64,000 nucleotides of DNA from an uncultured Pseudomonadales bacterium (GCA_947503335.1 CANNCY010000004.1:258305-322304), one strand, 5' to 3'; positions 19,819-29,664 are shown, counted from the first letter of the stretch. The notes: generated by a model not told the origin, from the letters alone. Numbers and translations are program-made.

Positions 19819-21951
19819 ATGCAAAACTCGCCTACAGAAATCTCAACAGACACTAGCAAGCACATTCCTATGGTGGCTGCGGGTGTTATTTTTGGGATTG
19901 TCTGTATCGTCGCAGCATTCTTTGCGTTGCAATGGGTTGCGTCGTCGGCAACAAAAACATACCAGGTTCTGAGTGATCGAGTACTAGTACACGAGCAGCT
20001 GCGCCGTACCTTATCGATGGTTAGAGTAGGCGACACTCGGCTATTCGAAAATCTTCACGACATAAAAAAATTTGAAGATCAGGTTGTTTACTTAGAACAG
20101 TTGCAAGATCAATTAAAAGCTGAACTGAACGCGCCCGAGTTAGAAGAACAAGCACGGCAAAAAATACAAACGTATCTAAATGAATATGATGCAGCTTGGT
20201 CGCAGGTAAATGATCTTACTCATGAAATTGGCATTGGACATGAGACAGGTTACCGTGCATCGCTTGCTGCGTCGGGCAAAGTGCTAGAGCGCTATGCGCG
20301 CTCACGTCAAATAAAAGAATCAGAAATTAATATCGTCAGAATGCGCGCGCAAGAGAATAGTGCGGGCGATGGCTTTGCAGGCGACCCTGTTGAACAAACA
20401 GAACTATCTTATTTGGCGGTGCAGGAAGAACTATTGGCGCTAGAGCAGCATGCGATCATAGAGACGCTAAAATCCTATATTAGAACCTATCTGGCTTTAG
20501 TTAGAACCGACGAAGTTGTGTCAATGCAGCGATCAGCAATGTATGCAGCCATTGACAACGCTATTGAGGTTATTGATGAAGAAGTAATAGCTGCACAGTT
20601 GAATGCTAGCGACGCGCGTACAGTATTAGAGAAAAACCAACAGTTGATTGGGTTTCTATTTGTTGCTGTCATTTTGGGAGTGCTAGTGGCAACTATCTAT
20701 GCGTTCAGTACGTTAATGAAGCAGATGAAGGCTGCACACATAGCAAACACGCAGCAAAAATTGATGATTGTTGAAGCAAAAAACCGTGCTGAAGATGCAC
20801 TTAAATCTAGGTCAGCATTCTTGGCTACCATCAGTCATGAAATCAGAACGCCGATGAATGGTGTACTGGGTATGGCTCAATTATTGAAGCGAACGCAACT
20901 AGACCATGATCAACATGAACGTCTAGATCGCTTGATGCGATCGGGTAAAACCATGATGGGCCTCCTAAACGATTTATTAGATTTGTCTAAAATCGAGGCC
21001 GGAAAGCTAGATCTAGAGCCCGTCTCTATAAATGTGCGCGAAATGCTCTACGACTTAGAGTCAATCTTTGGGGCCGTAGCGAACGAAAAAGACGTACACC
21101 TTAATTTGGTTATTGATGAGCATTTGCCCGCGCGAGTGATGGGCGATGAAGTACGTATTCGTCAAATCGTTACTAATTTATTGTCTAACGCTATCAAGTT
21201 TACTAAACAGGGTGCCGTAACATTGTCAGCGTCTGATAATGAAGCATTCGCGGTTGCTAAGGGCCACGTAGCGTTATCGTTAGTGGTACAGGATTCGGGC
21301 ATAGGTATGACTGATGAGGCCTTAGAAAAGATTTTCGACCCGTTCTCACAAGCTGAACAATCGACGACAAGAAAATTTGGTGGCACTGGGTTAGGTCTTG
21401 CGATTGTTAAAGAGTTAATTCATATGATGGGGGGCGAAGTTGAAGTTTTCAGTAAGGTGGGCGAAGGCTCTACCTTCGTGGTGATCTTACCTTTACCGAT
21501 CAGTCATGTAGAACCAGAAGCCGCGAATGATCTAGTTGATGGACAACTAGAAAGCCATACGCATTCACTGAACATTTTAGTAGCAGAAGACAATACCACC
21601 AATGCGCAGTTAATAACCTGGATGCTAGAAGACTGGGGGCATAAAGTGCATGTTGCAGACAATGGTAAGTTGGCGATCGATGCACTAGAACAGGATAATT
21701 ATGACCTGATATTGATGGACCATCACATGCCCGAAATGGATGGAATGGAAGCTACAAGACGTATAAGATCAATGGCAGGGCCCAAAGGGTCTATTCCAAT
21801 TATCGGTTGCACAGCAGATGCCTATGCCGACAATAAAGCTGCACTTATCGAGGTTGGCCAAAATGATATCGTCACTAAGCCAATCGAAGAAAAGCAATTG
21901 CACCTAGTATTACTGAAATGTATTAGGGGCGAGTTTAAACGGTCTGCTTAA
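19819..21951 (+). CDS. Hybrid sensor histidine kinase / response regulator
   Basis: Two TM helices flank a sensor region of about 250 aa. H-box SHEIRTPMNGVLG, N-box NLLSNAIKFT, G-boxes DSGIGM and GGTGLGLAI. C-terminal receiver (ILVAEDN...LILMDHHMPEMDG...TKP). Confidence 0.88.
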   Translation: MQNSPTEISTDTSKHIPMVAAGVIFGIVCIVAAFFALQWVASSATKTYQVLSDRVLVHEQLRRTLSMVRVGDTRLFENLHDIKKFEDQVVYLEQLQDQLKAELNAPELEEQARQKIQTYLNEYDAAWSQVNDLTHEIGIGHETGYRASLAASGKVLERYARSRQIKESEINIVRMRAQENSAGDGFAGDPVEQTELSYLAVQEELLALEQHAIIETLKSYIRTYLALVRTDEVVSMQRSAMYAAIDNAIEVIDEEVIAAQLNASDARTVLEKNQQLIGFLFVAVILGVLVATIYAFSTLMKQMKAAHIANTQQKLMIVEAKNRAEDALKSRSAFLATISHEIRTPMNGVLGMAQLLKRTQLDHDQHERLDRLMRSGKTMMGLLNDLLDLSKIEAGKLDLEPVSINVREMLYDLESIFGAVANEKDVHLNLVIDEHLPARVMGDEVRIRQIVTNLLSNAIKFTKQGAVTLSASDNEAFAVAKGHVALSLVVQDSGIGMTDEALEKIFDPFSQAEQSTTRKFGGTGLGLAIVKELIHMMGGEVEVFSKVGEGSTFVVILPLPISHVEPEAANDLVDGQLESHTHSLNILVAEDNTTNAQLITWMLEDWGHKVHVADNGKLAIDALEQDNYDLILMDHHMPEMDGMEATRRIRSMAGPKGSIPIIGCTADAYADNKAALIEVGQNDIVTKPIEEKQLHLVLLKCIRGEFKRSA

Positions 21952-21956
21952 GAAAC

Positions 21957-21980
21957 TATGGCGGCTGAATAGCCGCCATA
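21957..21980. terminator. Stem-loop between convergent genes (possible bidirectional terminator)
   Basis: TATGGCGGCT-GAAT-AGCCGCCATA is a perfect 10-bp stem. The flanking U-tract is weak (GTTTCT on the minus strand, A-run on the plus strand). Confidence 0.4.
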
Positions 21981-21991
21981 AAAACTGAATT

Positions 21992-22315
21992 TTATAGCTC
22001 GGTAGATAACTTATAGATCATGCCAGAGCGGTTGCCAGTACGGCAAAACGCTAGCGTCTTACCTGACATCATCTCAGCAAATTGAGCTGCCATCTCTAGA
22101 TTAATAGTCGCTGGCGTAGAAGGCAGGTCGTGATAAGTTAACCCTAGAGACTCGGCCTTGGCACGAAGAACACTGGTAAGCACCTGCCCCTCTTGCTCGT
22201 TGTCTGGGCGGTTGTTGATGATCGTTTCAAAGCCTTCGTTGGCAAACTGTTCTAGATCACTTTCGCTGATTTGGCCTGCAACGAATAAATTGTCGGCTAG
22301 TTGAATGGTATCCAT
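21992..22315 (-). CDS. DUF442/TIGR01244-type sulfur-transferase or phosphatase-like protein
   Basis: 107 aa with the C-terminal active-site-like loop FCRTGNRS. Sits directly downstream of the MBL persulfide-dioxygenase-like gene. Confidence 0.65.
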   Translation of the reverse strand: MDTIQLADNLFVAGQISESDLEQFANEGFETIINNRPDNEQEGQVLTSVLRAKAESLGLTYHDLPSTPATINLEMAAQFAEMMSGKTLAFCRTGNRSGMIYKLSTEL

Positions 22316-22345
22316 AGCTACTCCAGTTTTCTTTTTTCGAGGCCA

Positions 22346-23206
22346 TTAAAGCAGGTTTAACGGCACTTTCAAATAACTTACGCCGTTACTTTCTGCAGCA
22401 GGCAATTCACCGGCCGCCATGTTGACCTGCACAGACGGTACGATTAAGCGCGGCATCGATAATGTGGCATCTCGCGATTCACGCATCTCTACAAAGGCAG
22501 CTTTAGTTGTACCGGCCTTTAGATGAATATTATTGGCTTTTTGTTCACCAACGGTGGTTCGCCAAACAAATTCATTTCTTGTCGCAGACTTATAGTCATG
22601 GCAAAGCATCATGTTGGTATCATCAGGGTAGCTAAATAAACGCATCACTGAGTCATACAGAGTGCCTGCATCACCACCAGGAAAGTCGCAACGCGCCGAA
22701 CCATAGTCTGGCATAAAGATGGTGTCACCAACGAACAAAAAGTTGTCGATATGATAGCTCATGCACGCGGGAGTGTGCCCGGGTGTATGAAGTGCGGTAA
22801 ATTCAAACTCGCCCAAAGTGATGGTGTCGCCGTCGGCCATTAGTTTGCCAAATTGCGTGCCATCAGCGGCGAATTCTGGCAGGTTGAATAGCTCGCTGAA
22901 GGTCTTTTGTACCTGGCAAATGTGCTCGCCTATTACAATGGTACCACCTAGCTGTTGTTCGATATGAGGTGCAGCAGACAGGTGATCGGCATGCACGTGT
23001 GTTTCGATGATCCACTTAAGCAAGGCGCCCTTGTCTTTTATTAGCTCAATTATTTGATCGGCCGATCTTGTGTGCGTGCGGCCAGAGGCATAGTCAAAGT
23101 CGAGCACTGAGTCAACGATGGCGGCTTCGTTCGCGACATTATCAATTACTAGATAGGTCACAGTGAACGTGGGTTCGTCAAAAAAATCGTATATCTCTAG
23201 GCTCAT
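22346..23206 (-). CDS. MBL-fold persulfide dioxygenase-like hydrolase (ETHE1/Blh type)
   Basis: THVHADH metal motif, HTPGHTP, and a size and C-terminal extension typical of type-II/III persulfide dioxygenases. Confidence 0.7.
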   Translation of the reverse strand: MSLEIYDFFDEPTFTVTYLVIDNVANEAAIVDSVLDFDYASGRTHTRSADQIIELIKDKGALLKWIIETHVHADHLSAAPHIEQQLGGTIVIGEHICQVQKTFSELFNLPEFAADGTQFGKLMADGDTITLGEFEFTALHTPGHTPACMSYHIDNFLFVGDTIFMPDYGSARCDFPGGDAGTLYDSVMRLFSYPDDTNMMLCHDYKSATRNEFVWRTTVGEQKANNIHLKAGTTKAAFVEMRESRDATLSMPRLIVPSVQVNMAAGELPAAESNGVSYLKVPLNLL

Positions 23207-23260
23207 TTAGGGTCCTCAATTGGGCGCAATGCAGCTATCTTAAAGAAGAGTGTACATTCG

Positions 23261-23281
23261 CTTATATAACTTGGTTATAAG
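23261..23281. promoter_or_regulatory. Imperfect palindrome in the divergent sulfur-cluster intergenic region (candidate operator)
   Basis: CTTATATAAC-TTG-GTTATAAG; the arms are complementary except for one extra TA. Lies between the divergent starts at 23206 and 23350. No regulator gene is adjacent. Confidence 0.25.
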
Positions 23282-23349
23282 TATATAGCCATATTGCATA
23301 AGAGGCTAGTAGCGCCTATAGTGGCTGATATTCGAGTATAGGTGACAGT

Positions 23350-24099
23350 ATGATTTTAGGCTTGTGTGGCGCAATGTTTATTGGGGTCAGCTTAGGGCTT
23401 TTTGGCTCGGGCGGCTCAATCATCACGCTGCCGGTACTAATTTATCTTTTCGGTTTTGATCCTAAAACAGCGATCGCCGCGTCACTAGGTGTTGTATCAA
23501 TTATCTCCTTGTTTGGAGCCAGCCGCGCGTATTTAGCCAAGCAGGTAGATTTAAGGGTGGTGGCAAGTTTGGCGATACCCGGCGCTATAGGCGCATGGGT
23601 AGGGGCCTATATCGCGCAGTATCTGCATAGCGATGTACAGCTTGGCGGTTTTGTTGTGATGGTGTTGATTGCAGCCTATCGCATGTATCGCAGTGGTCAA
23701 AAGCCACCAAAGGCTAGAAAGACGCGCGCGATGTGGCTAGTGACACTGGTGGGCTTTTTGATGGGTATGGTCACTGGCATCATTGGCGTTGGTGGTGGCT
23801 TTATTGTTGTGCCTGTATTGGTGCTACTGATCAGATTGCCTATGGTTCAAGCGGTGGGAACAAGCTTATCTATCGTATTTATTAATTCTCTGGTGGGCTT
23901 TTTAGGTCACCTATTACACGAGCAACATGCAGAACTCGCCCAAAATTACCCCTTAATTTTGTTGATAGCGGGTATGGGCGTGATAGGCTCGCTGCTAGGT
24001 AGCAAGATGCTCAAACGTTTTAAACCCAGTCATTTACGAAAAGGGTTTGCCGTATTTTTAGTAGTAATGGCTGCGGTCATTGTGAGAAACATTGTTTAA
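23350..24099 (+). CDS. TauE/SafE family sulfite exporter-like membrane protein
   Basis: About 8 TM helices with the duplicated G-rich pattern (GSGGSIITLPVL / GVGGGFIVVPVL). Confidence 0.8.
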   Translation: MILGLCGAMFIGVSLGLFGSGGSIITLPVLIYLFGFDPKTAIAASLGVVSIISLFGASRAYLAKQVDLRVVASLAIPGAIGAWVGAYIAQYLHSDVQLGGFVVMVLIAAYRMYRSGQKPPKARKTRAMWLVTLVGFLMGMVTGIIGVGGGFIVVPVLVLLIRLPMVQAVGTSLSIVFINSLVGFLGHLLHEQHAELAQNYPLILLIAGMGVIGSLLGSKMLKRFKPSHLRKGFAVFLVVMAAVIVRNIV

Positions 24100-24125
24100 T
24101 TAGGTAGTGCTTAGGAGTCTTTAGG

Positions 24126-24539
24126 ATGCCAGATTGGTTTAACTTAACTGCCCTATATGGTGGTTTGATGATCGGAGCTGCGGCGATGATCCTTTGGTTT
24201 GGTATTGGTCGTATCGCAGGTGTTAGCGGTATTGTTGGTCGCTTGATGAGTGGGCCACGCGACGGCTGGGCTTGGGCCTTTGTTGTGGGTATGTTGATTG
24301 GCGGGGCTGGTTACTTATTTGCCGGTATTGGCGAGACACCAGTACGTGAAGGTATGTCACCAGTATTGTTGGCAGTAGCTGGGCTTATTGTGGGCGTGGG
24401 TACAGGTATTGGGTCAGGGTGCACCAGTGGCCATGGAGTTTGTGGCATTGGGCGATTGTCAGCGCGTTCTATCGTGGCAACCTGTATTTTTATGGCGGTC
24501 GCTGCAGCCACCGTTTTTGTAACTAACCACATAATTTAA
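24126..24539 (+). CDS. YeeE/YedE family sulfur-transport membrane protein (half-size)
   Basis: Four TM helices and a GCTSGHGVCG motif typical of YeeE/YedE. Confidence 0.7.
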   Translation: MPDWFNLTALYGGLMIGAAAMILWFGIGRIAGVSGIVGRLMSGPRDGWAWAFVVGMLIGGAGYLFAGIGETPVREGMSPVLLAVAGLIVGVGTGIGSGCTSGHGVCGIGRLSARSIVATCIFMAVAAATVFVTNHII

Positions 24540-24540
24540 G

Positions 24541-24960
24541 GTGATAAAAATGAATTTCGTATTTGCACTAATCGCCGGCGTGATGTTTGGCTTTGGATTG
24601 GCTTTGTCGCAAATGATCGACCCTGCAAAGGTGATTGGTTTTCTAGATGTGGCAGGTAATTGGGACCCAAGCTTAGCCTTTGTAATGGGCGGCGCGTTGT
24701 TAATTACAATACCTGGGTTCTTTATCTCTAAGCGCTTGGGTAAGTCGATTACTGGTCAAAAATTTCAGTGGCCGACAAAAAGTGATATTGATCGCCCATT
24801 AGTGGTTGGCGCCGTCTTGTTTGGCTTAGGCTGGGGGTTGGTAGGTTACTGCCCAGGGCCTGCAATGCTATTGCCAATCTTTAATCCGGCCGAAGCAATG
24901 TGGTTTGTGATTCCGATGTTGGTAGGTCTTTGGTTTGCGAATAAGCTGAAGCAAGCTTAA
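24541..24960 (+). CDS. YeeE/YedE-related membrane protein (partner half)
   Basis: Four TM helices with GWGLVGYCPGP. GTG start at 24541; alternative ATG at 24550. Confidence 0.65.
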   Translation: MIKMNFVFALIAGVMFGFGLALSQMIDPAKVIGFLDVAGNWDPSLAFVMGGALLITIPGFFISKRLGKSITGQKFQWPTKSDIDRPLVVGAVLFGLGWGLVGYCPGPAMLLPIFNPAEAMWFVIPMLVGLWFANKLKQA

Positions 24961-24984
24961 GTTAAGCGTTATCGCTTAACTGAA

Positions 24985-25017
24985 AAGGGCTAACTTAACC
25001 GTTAGCCCTTTTTTATT
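24985..25017 (+). terminator. Rho-independent terminator (between convergent genes)
   Basis: AAGGGCTAAC-TTAACC-GTTAGCCCTT followed by TTTTTATTT. Confidence 0.8.
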
Positions 25018-25026
25018 TGGTGTTTT

Positions 25027-26667
25027 TTAGACGGGCTCTAAGCTTGTTGGTGTAGGAAACTCGCCCTTAATCCAGTCTTTGCTCTTAGATATACCCACTA
25101 TCGACATGGCGGTTAACATACCGGCCATAACGCCACCCATAAAGCCACAGGTTAGAATGTCTTGGCCTGTTAGATACAAACCAGGAATCTCGGTTTTTGG
25201 GCGAAGCCAATCTTGCTTAAAGCGATTGGGATCATGATTTAGACCGTAGATTTCGCCTTTCTCATACTTACAATAAAACTCGGTGCTAAGGGTTGTGGCT
25301 AGCTCTGCAAAGGCTACCTTGCCTTCAAGTTGCGGCATGTAACGGTATAAAACCTCTAGCAAACGCTGTAACCAATAGGCTTTCTTTTCTTCGTAGTCAT
25401 CGCCTCGATCGTTCCAGGTAGTACCAGCCCATTCTTGCCACCAACTATGCTCGGTGGCTGCAACAATTTCGATCGTGGCTTTATCGGGGAACCGCTGGCT
25501 GAATAACGGATCTTTTGCCGACGGAAACGAGATATAAACCAGCGGAATCTCGTTGTTCTCAGGGTCGGCATTAAACTGGTCGATATCGGTTTCAAAGCGA
25601 CCACTTGGATAAATCCAGAAGTTGGTTTTAGGGAGTTCAAGCGCAGCAGGCGATTCATTAAAACCAATAAATGCACCCATGCTAGCCATTGAGCGATCTA
25701 CCTTGGTGAGTTTGTCGCGATAGTACTGTGCCTTGGGCGCGCTATCGGGTAGCAACTTAGAAAAGGTGTTAAAGACACCTGCATTACTGACTACGTGTTT
25801 GGCTCTAATTTCTTTGCCATCGGCCATCACGACGCCGGTTACTTTGTTTGACTCTACTAGTACCTTAGCTACCTCTGCGTAGGTCATTACTGCACCGCCA
25901 GCGCGCTCTATAGGCTTAACCATTGCTTTTGCAATGGTTTGTGCGCCGCCGGCCGGATAATACGCTCCATCAATGTAATGTTGCGCAATCATGGCATGCA
26001 TGACAAAACTCGCTTTGGTCGGCGGTAAACCCATGTCGCCCCATTGGCCTGTTAGCGCAGACTTGAGCTCGTCGTTATCGGTAAGATCTGACAGTACTTC
26101 CCAGGTGGTACGATTTAAATGATCGGGGATCTTAGTCTTACCGACGTACTCCATGGTCTTTGACAACCATTTGGGCATTACTTTACCAGCGCTCCAGTCG
26201 CTGACAGCTCTTGTGCCCTCTTTAATTAGGTCAACGTACTTAACAATGGCGTCGCGTTCAGTCGGAAAATACTCAGTCATTTGATCAACAAATGCCTTGC
26301 GCCCAGCAATAAAATCGTAACGCTTTTCGCCGATGTAAAAGCGATCGTAGTTATCGCTCATAGGCGCCCAGTCAAGTTCACCCTCGGTGAGGTAATCAAG
26401 TACGTATCCGGTGCGGCTTTCTTTGTTGCCAACTCCGCCGATATAGTGAATGCCTACGTCCCACTCAAACCCTTCACGGTAATAAGCATGACTGAAACCA
26501 CCGGCGGTATAGTGCTGCTCTAACACTAAGACACGTTGCCCCGTATTGGCGAGAAATATGGCGGTAGATAGGCCTCCTGGGCCAGAGCCTATAACGATGG
26601 TGTCGTAGCTGTCTTCAACACGATTTGGGCGGTACCGCTTACCAATGCGTACGTCTTTTGCACTCAT
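25027..26667 (-). CDS. FAD/NAD(P)-dependent oxidoreductase, phytoene-desaturase (CrtI)-like family
   Basis: N-terminal dinucleotide fold DTIVIGSGPGGLSTAIFLANTGQRVLVLEQ. Length of about 545 aa. Confidence 0.7.
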   Translation of the reverse strand: MSAKDVRIGKRYRPNRVEDSYDTIVIGSGPGGLSTAIFLANTGQRVLVLEQHYTAGGFSHAYYREGFEWDVGIHYIGGVGNKESRTGYVLDYLTEGELDWAPMSDNYDRFYIGEKRYDFIAGRKAFVDQMTEYFPTERDAIVKYVDLIKEGTRAVSDWSAGKVMPKWLSKTMEYVGKTKIPDHLNRTTWEVLSDLTDNDELKSALTGQWGDMGLPPTKASFVMHAMIAQHYIDGAYYPAGGAQTIAKAMVKPIERAGGAVMTYAEVAKVLVESNKVTGVVMADGKEIRAKHVVSNAGVFNTFSKLLPDSAPKAQYYRDKLTKVDRSMASMGAFIGFNESPAALELPKTNFWIYPSGRFETDIDQFNADPENNEIPLVYISFPSAKDPLFSQRFPDKATIEIVAATEHSWWQEWAGTTWNDRGDDYEEKKAYWLQRLLEVLYRYMPQLEGKVAFAELATTLSTEFYCKYEKGEIYGLNHDPNRFKQDWLRPKTEIPGLYLTGQDILTCGFMGGVMAGMLTAMSIVGISKSKDWIKGEFPTPTSLEPV

Positions 26668-26746
26668 GTGCTAGATCCTTGTTATAAAATTTTATCTGAC
26701 TAAAGATTACACTAGAATGAATCTATATAAACTAAAAAGGTGCCTC

Positions 26747-27418
26747 ATGAAGCGAATAATAGGCGTAATGATCGCGGTGCTAATAGCCGGCTGTTCGACG
26801 ACCCCAAGGGTCACAACCGAGATAGATGCATTGTCGGCCAGCTATGACACAAGTAGTGATGTCGTATACATCATGCCAGACAAAGACATAAGCGATGGGC
26901 TGCAGTTTGAAGAGTTTAAGCGCTACGTTGAGCATGCATTCAAACGTACAAATATGAGTCTCGCTAAGGATATTACAGAAGCAGATACTGTCGTGTACTT
27001 AAGCTATGCCGCCGAGTCAGGTCAGCGGCATCAATATACCTACTCGCAGCCGGTCTACGGTGATACCGGAATCGAATCAAGTCGTACCGTTAAAGAAAAA
27101 GTAAAAGACGAAGATGGCAATACAGTTGTGCGAGAAAAGACGGTATATGATCGCGGTTACGGCATAATCGGCCATACTACGCACATTGGCTCTTATACGA
27201 CATGGCCTATGCGCCTTAGGCTTAGGGCGATTAAAGATGATAAAGAAGTCTGGGTAGTTGTTGCGGTAAGTAACGACACAACGAATGATCTAAGACAGGT
27301 GTTTCCGGCGATGCTCTATTTAGCAACTCCCTATATTGGTAACTCAACCGGTCAAAAAATAGAAAGGGTCATCAAGCTAGATGACCCTCAACTACAAAGT
27401 TTTAAGCAAGGCCTTTGA
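26747..27418 (+). CDS. Lipoprotein of unknown function
   Basis: Lipobox LIAGC after MKRIIGVMIAV (ATG 26747; the ORF track starts at 26717). Confidence 0.5.
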   Translation: MKRIIGVMIAVLIAGCSTTPRVTTEIDALSASYDTSSDVVYIMPDKDISDGLQFEEFKRYVEHAFKRTNMSLAKDITEADTVVYLSYAAESGQRHQYTYSQPVYGDTGIESSRTVKEKVKDEDGNTVVREKTVYDRGYGIIGHTTHIGSYTTWPMRLRLRAIKDDKEVWVVVAVSNDTTNDLRQVFPAMLYLATPYIGNSTGQKIERVIKLDDPQLQSFKQGL

Positions 27419-27421
27419 TAG

Positions 27422-28363
27422 TTAGTCGGTTTCGTATAACTCTTGAGTCGAATCGATAAAGGTGTCGATCGACTCGGTGGCCCCAAACTGCATCGCTGGG
27501 GGCAACAGCAAACTGCGATATTGCGGCGGCGTAACCTGGTTTTCAGGTGCAGGAGCCCAGTAATCGAGAGCCCAAAAAGCAAACATCACTACCACAGCGA
27601 TACTCGCAAACGTATAGCGACGGCGATTAGACTGCTCTAAAGCCACTTTCAATGTGATTGCGACTAGTACAAACATCGACACATAATTCACTAGTTGGCG
27701 CACGGCAACTAGTGACCAGTTTACAGGCAGGTTAAACTGAATTAATTCTCGCCCAATCGCACCAATAACGATTAACGAAAAGAGCGAAAACGTGGTCGTG
27801 GTTAACGCGATAAAGCGCGATTCACGCTTGTGTAATCGATTGAGTAAGCCGGCACCCATCAACCACAGTGTAGGTAAGATCATCTCTTCTAATAATCTAG
27901 AACCCATGCGGGTATAAATTAGTTTTCCAGTCGTTTGCAGATAGATTGCAAACAGTTGCACAGCCGCATATAAAGCGATGGCACCTATCGCAAAGGGCAG
28001 TGTACTAGCACGCTCTAATACCTGTTCGTAGGTGCTCACAATGCGCGCAGGCGCAACCTGGTGAGACGCTAAATAAACACGAACCTGTGTGCGGCCCAGC
28101 CAAAAGCTATCACCAGAACTGATGTGAAGCAGCGGCTCGCTTTTGCCACGCTTTTTATGAGAGATGCCGTTAAGTGAGTGTTGATCTTCAATTTTGATCA
28201 AGCCTTGATCTACCGAAACAGAACAATGAATCGGCGATACAAGAGGGTCATCAATAATCAAATCACTGTCAAAACTTCTGCCTACCGTTGCAGAGTCGGT
28301 CACTACTTTTGTACGGTGTTCAACGCGGTCATTACGACCAATTATTTCAAGTACTATGGCCAT
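27422..28363 (-). CDS. FHA-domain protein with C-terminal polytopic membrane domain
   Basis: N-terminal FHA pattern (ATVGRSFDSDLIIDDPLVSPIHCSV...HSLNGIS...SGDSFWLGRTQVRV) followed by about 5-6 hydrophobic helices. The start overlaps the protease gene stop by 10 nt. Confidence 0.7.
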   Translation of the reverse strand: MAIVLEIIGRNDRVEHRTKVVTDSATVGRSFDSDLIIDDPLVSPIHCSVSVDQGLIKIEDQHSLNGISHKKRGKSEPLLHISSGDSFWLGRTQVRVYLASHQVAPARIVSTYEQVLERASTLPFAIGAIALYAAVQLFAIYLQTTGKLIYTRMGSRLLEEMILPTLWLMGAGLLNRLHKRESRFIALTTTTFSLFSLIVIGAIGRELIQFNLPVNWSLVAVRQLVNYVSMFVLVAITLKVALEQSNRRRYTFASIAVVVMFAFWALDYWAPAPENQVTPPQYRSLLLPPAMQFGATESIDTFIDSTQELYETD

Positions 28364-29601
28364 AGAATACTCTCTGTAAACTGGCGCAAAAATAGATCAG
28401 CATTATTTTGATTGACCCCAGAAAGGGTGTAGTGGCTTATTAGGGCGCGGTCGTTGTGACCAATGTGTGCCGCATTGTAGATCACATCATATAGACCCTT
28501 AAATTTCTTGTACGACCTAACGCAATAAACAGTTTCTATATTTTTATCTTGTGCGCCTTCTACGCGCGCTTGCTCGCATTTGAAGTTGTTAACTTGATTA
28601 GCGTTTGCGCGATTACCTGGGCGCGCATTCTGAAAGTTTCTGCGCACTTGATTATAAAAATGTCTAGGCGATAACGTATCGGTCTGCATCCAATGAAATT
28701 GAATTTCGATAGAGCCAGTCTGAAATTTATTCTCAATATAGATGTTATCGTTGAGATAACAGTTAAACTTCGTCGATAGATAAATAGTGTCTTTCGTGCT
28801 CTTGTTAGATTTGCCCCAGCACGACAAAAAGTCGGCAAATTTTGATGGAACCTGAGCGTCACCTAGCGAAAGAGAAGGCCAGTCTTCATTTAAAATTAGA
28901 TTGTAGAGGCGCGATTGATTATCTGTTAGTTGCGCAGTGATCATTTCATTGATCGGCGAGTGATCGTTAGTCGCAGAATCTACTAAATGACTCAGCGGTT
29001 TTAGTGGCACTAAAAAGCCTAAAGCATTACCGCCTGTAGCAACATTGACGCCAACGACCTTGCCTGACTCATTTAATACTGGGCCGCCGCTCATTCCGGG
29101 GTTAACAGAACCTGTAAAATGAATACGTGGGTAGAAGCTGTGCTCTTTTAAGCCGTTGTATGTTCCTGGGCTCACGATCATACCTAGGTCGCGCGGATTA
29201 CCCAGTGAGTAAATAGTGTCACCCTGATTTGGATTGTTATCACTTAGTTCAATAAAGTGTTCTAACTCGCCTTCTAGTTTAACGATGGCTAAATCGTTGA
29301 CGACATCGACAGAGATAATCGATAACGAGCCAACATCACCCATATTATTGACGTACTGTAATTTGTAATCGTCAGGCGACAGTGCTTTTTGGCTGATGAC
29401 ATGATAGTTAGTGGCGATGAGACCGTCGGCACTAATCGCGAATCCAGTACCGTAACTTGATTTGGTGTCTGACGATATGTCTAGTACTTTAATTTGATAT
29501 AGCGATTGTTTGTGGGTTTTAAACAGCTCGCTAGCATCTTCGTCACCGACAGCGATAACCGTGGTGAACGACAATAAGATGCCCAATATTAGGCGTCGCA
29601 T
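28354..29601 (-). CDS. Secreted trypsin-like (S1, DegP/Trypsin_2-type) serine protease with unknown C-terminal domain of about 200 aa, no PDZ
   Basis: Signal peptide MRRLILGILLSFTTVIAVG. Catalytic triad contexts ATNYHVI (His), NDLAIVK (Asp) and NPGMSGGPV (Ser). Confidence 0.8.
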   Translation of the reverse strand: MRRLILGILLSFTTVIAVGDEDASELFKTHKQSLYQIKVLDISSDTKSSYGTGFAISADGLIATNYHVISQKALSPDDYKLQYVNNMGDVGSLSIISVDVVNDLAIVKLEGELEHFIELSDNNPNQGDTIYSLGNPRDLGMIVSPGTYNGLKEHSFYPRIHFTGSVNPGMSGGPVLNESGKVVGVNVATGGNALGFLVPLKPLSHLVDSATNDHSPINEMITAQLTDNQSRLYNLILNEDWPSLSLGDAQVPSKFADFLSCWGKSNKSTKDTIYLSTKFNCYLNDNIYIENKFQTGSIEIQFHWMQTDTLSPRHFYNQVRRNFQNARPGNRANANQVNNFKCEQARVEGAQDKNIETVYCVRSYKKFKGLYDVIYNAAHIGHNDRALISHYTLSGVNQNNADLFLRQFTESILWP

Positions 29602-29664
29602 AACGATCCTTTGTTGTTTTTATGACAATTTAGCATGGGCTAAGGGGTTTTAGCGAATTTTAGC

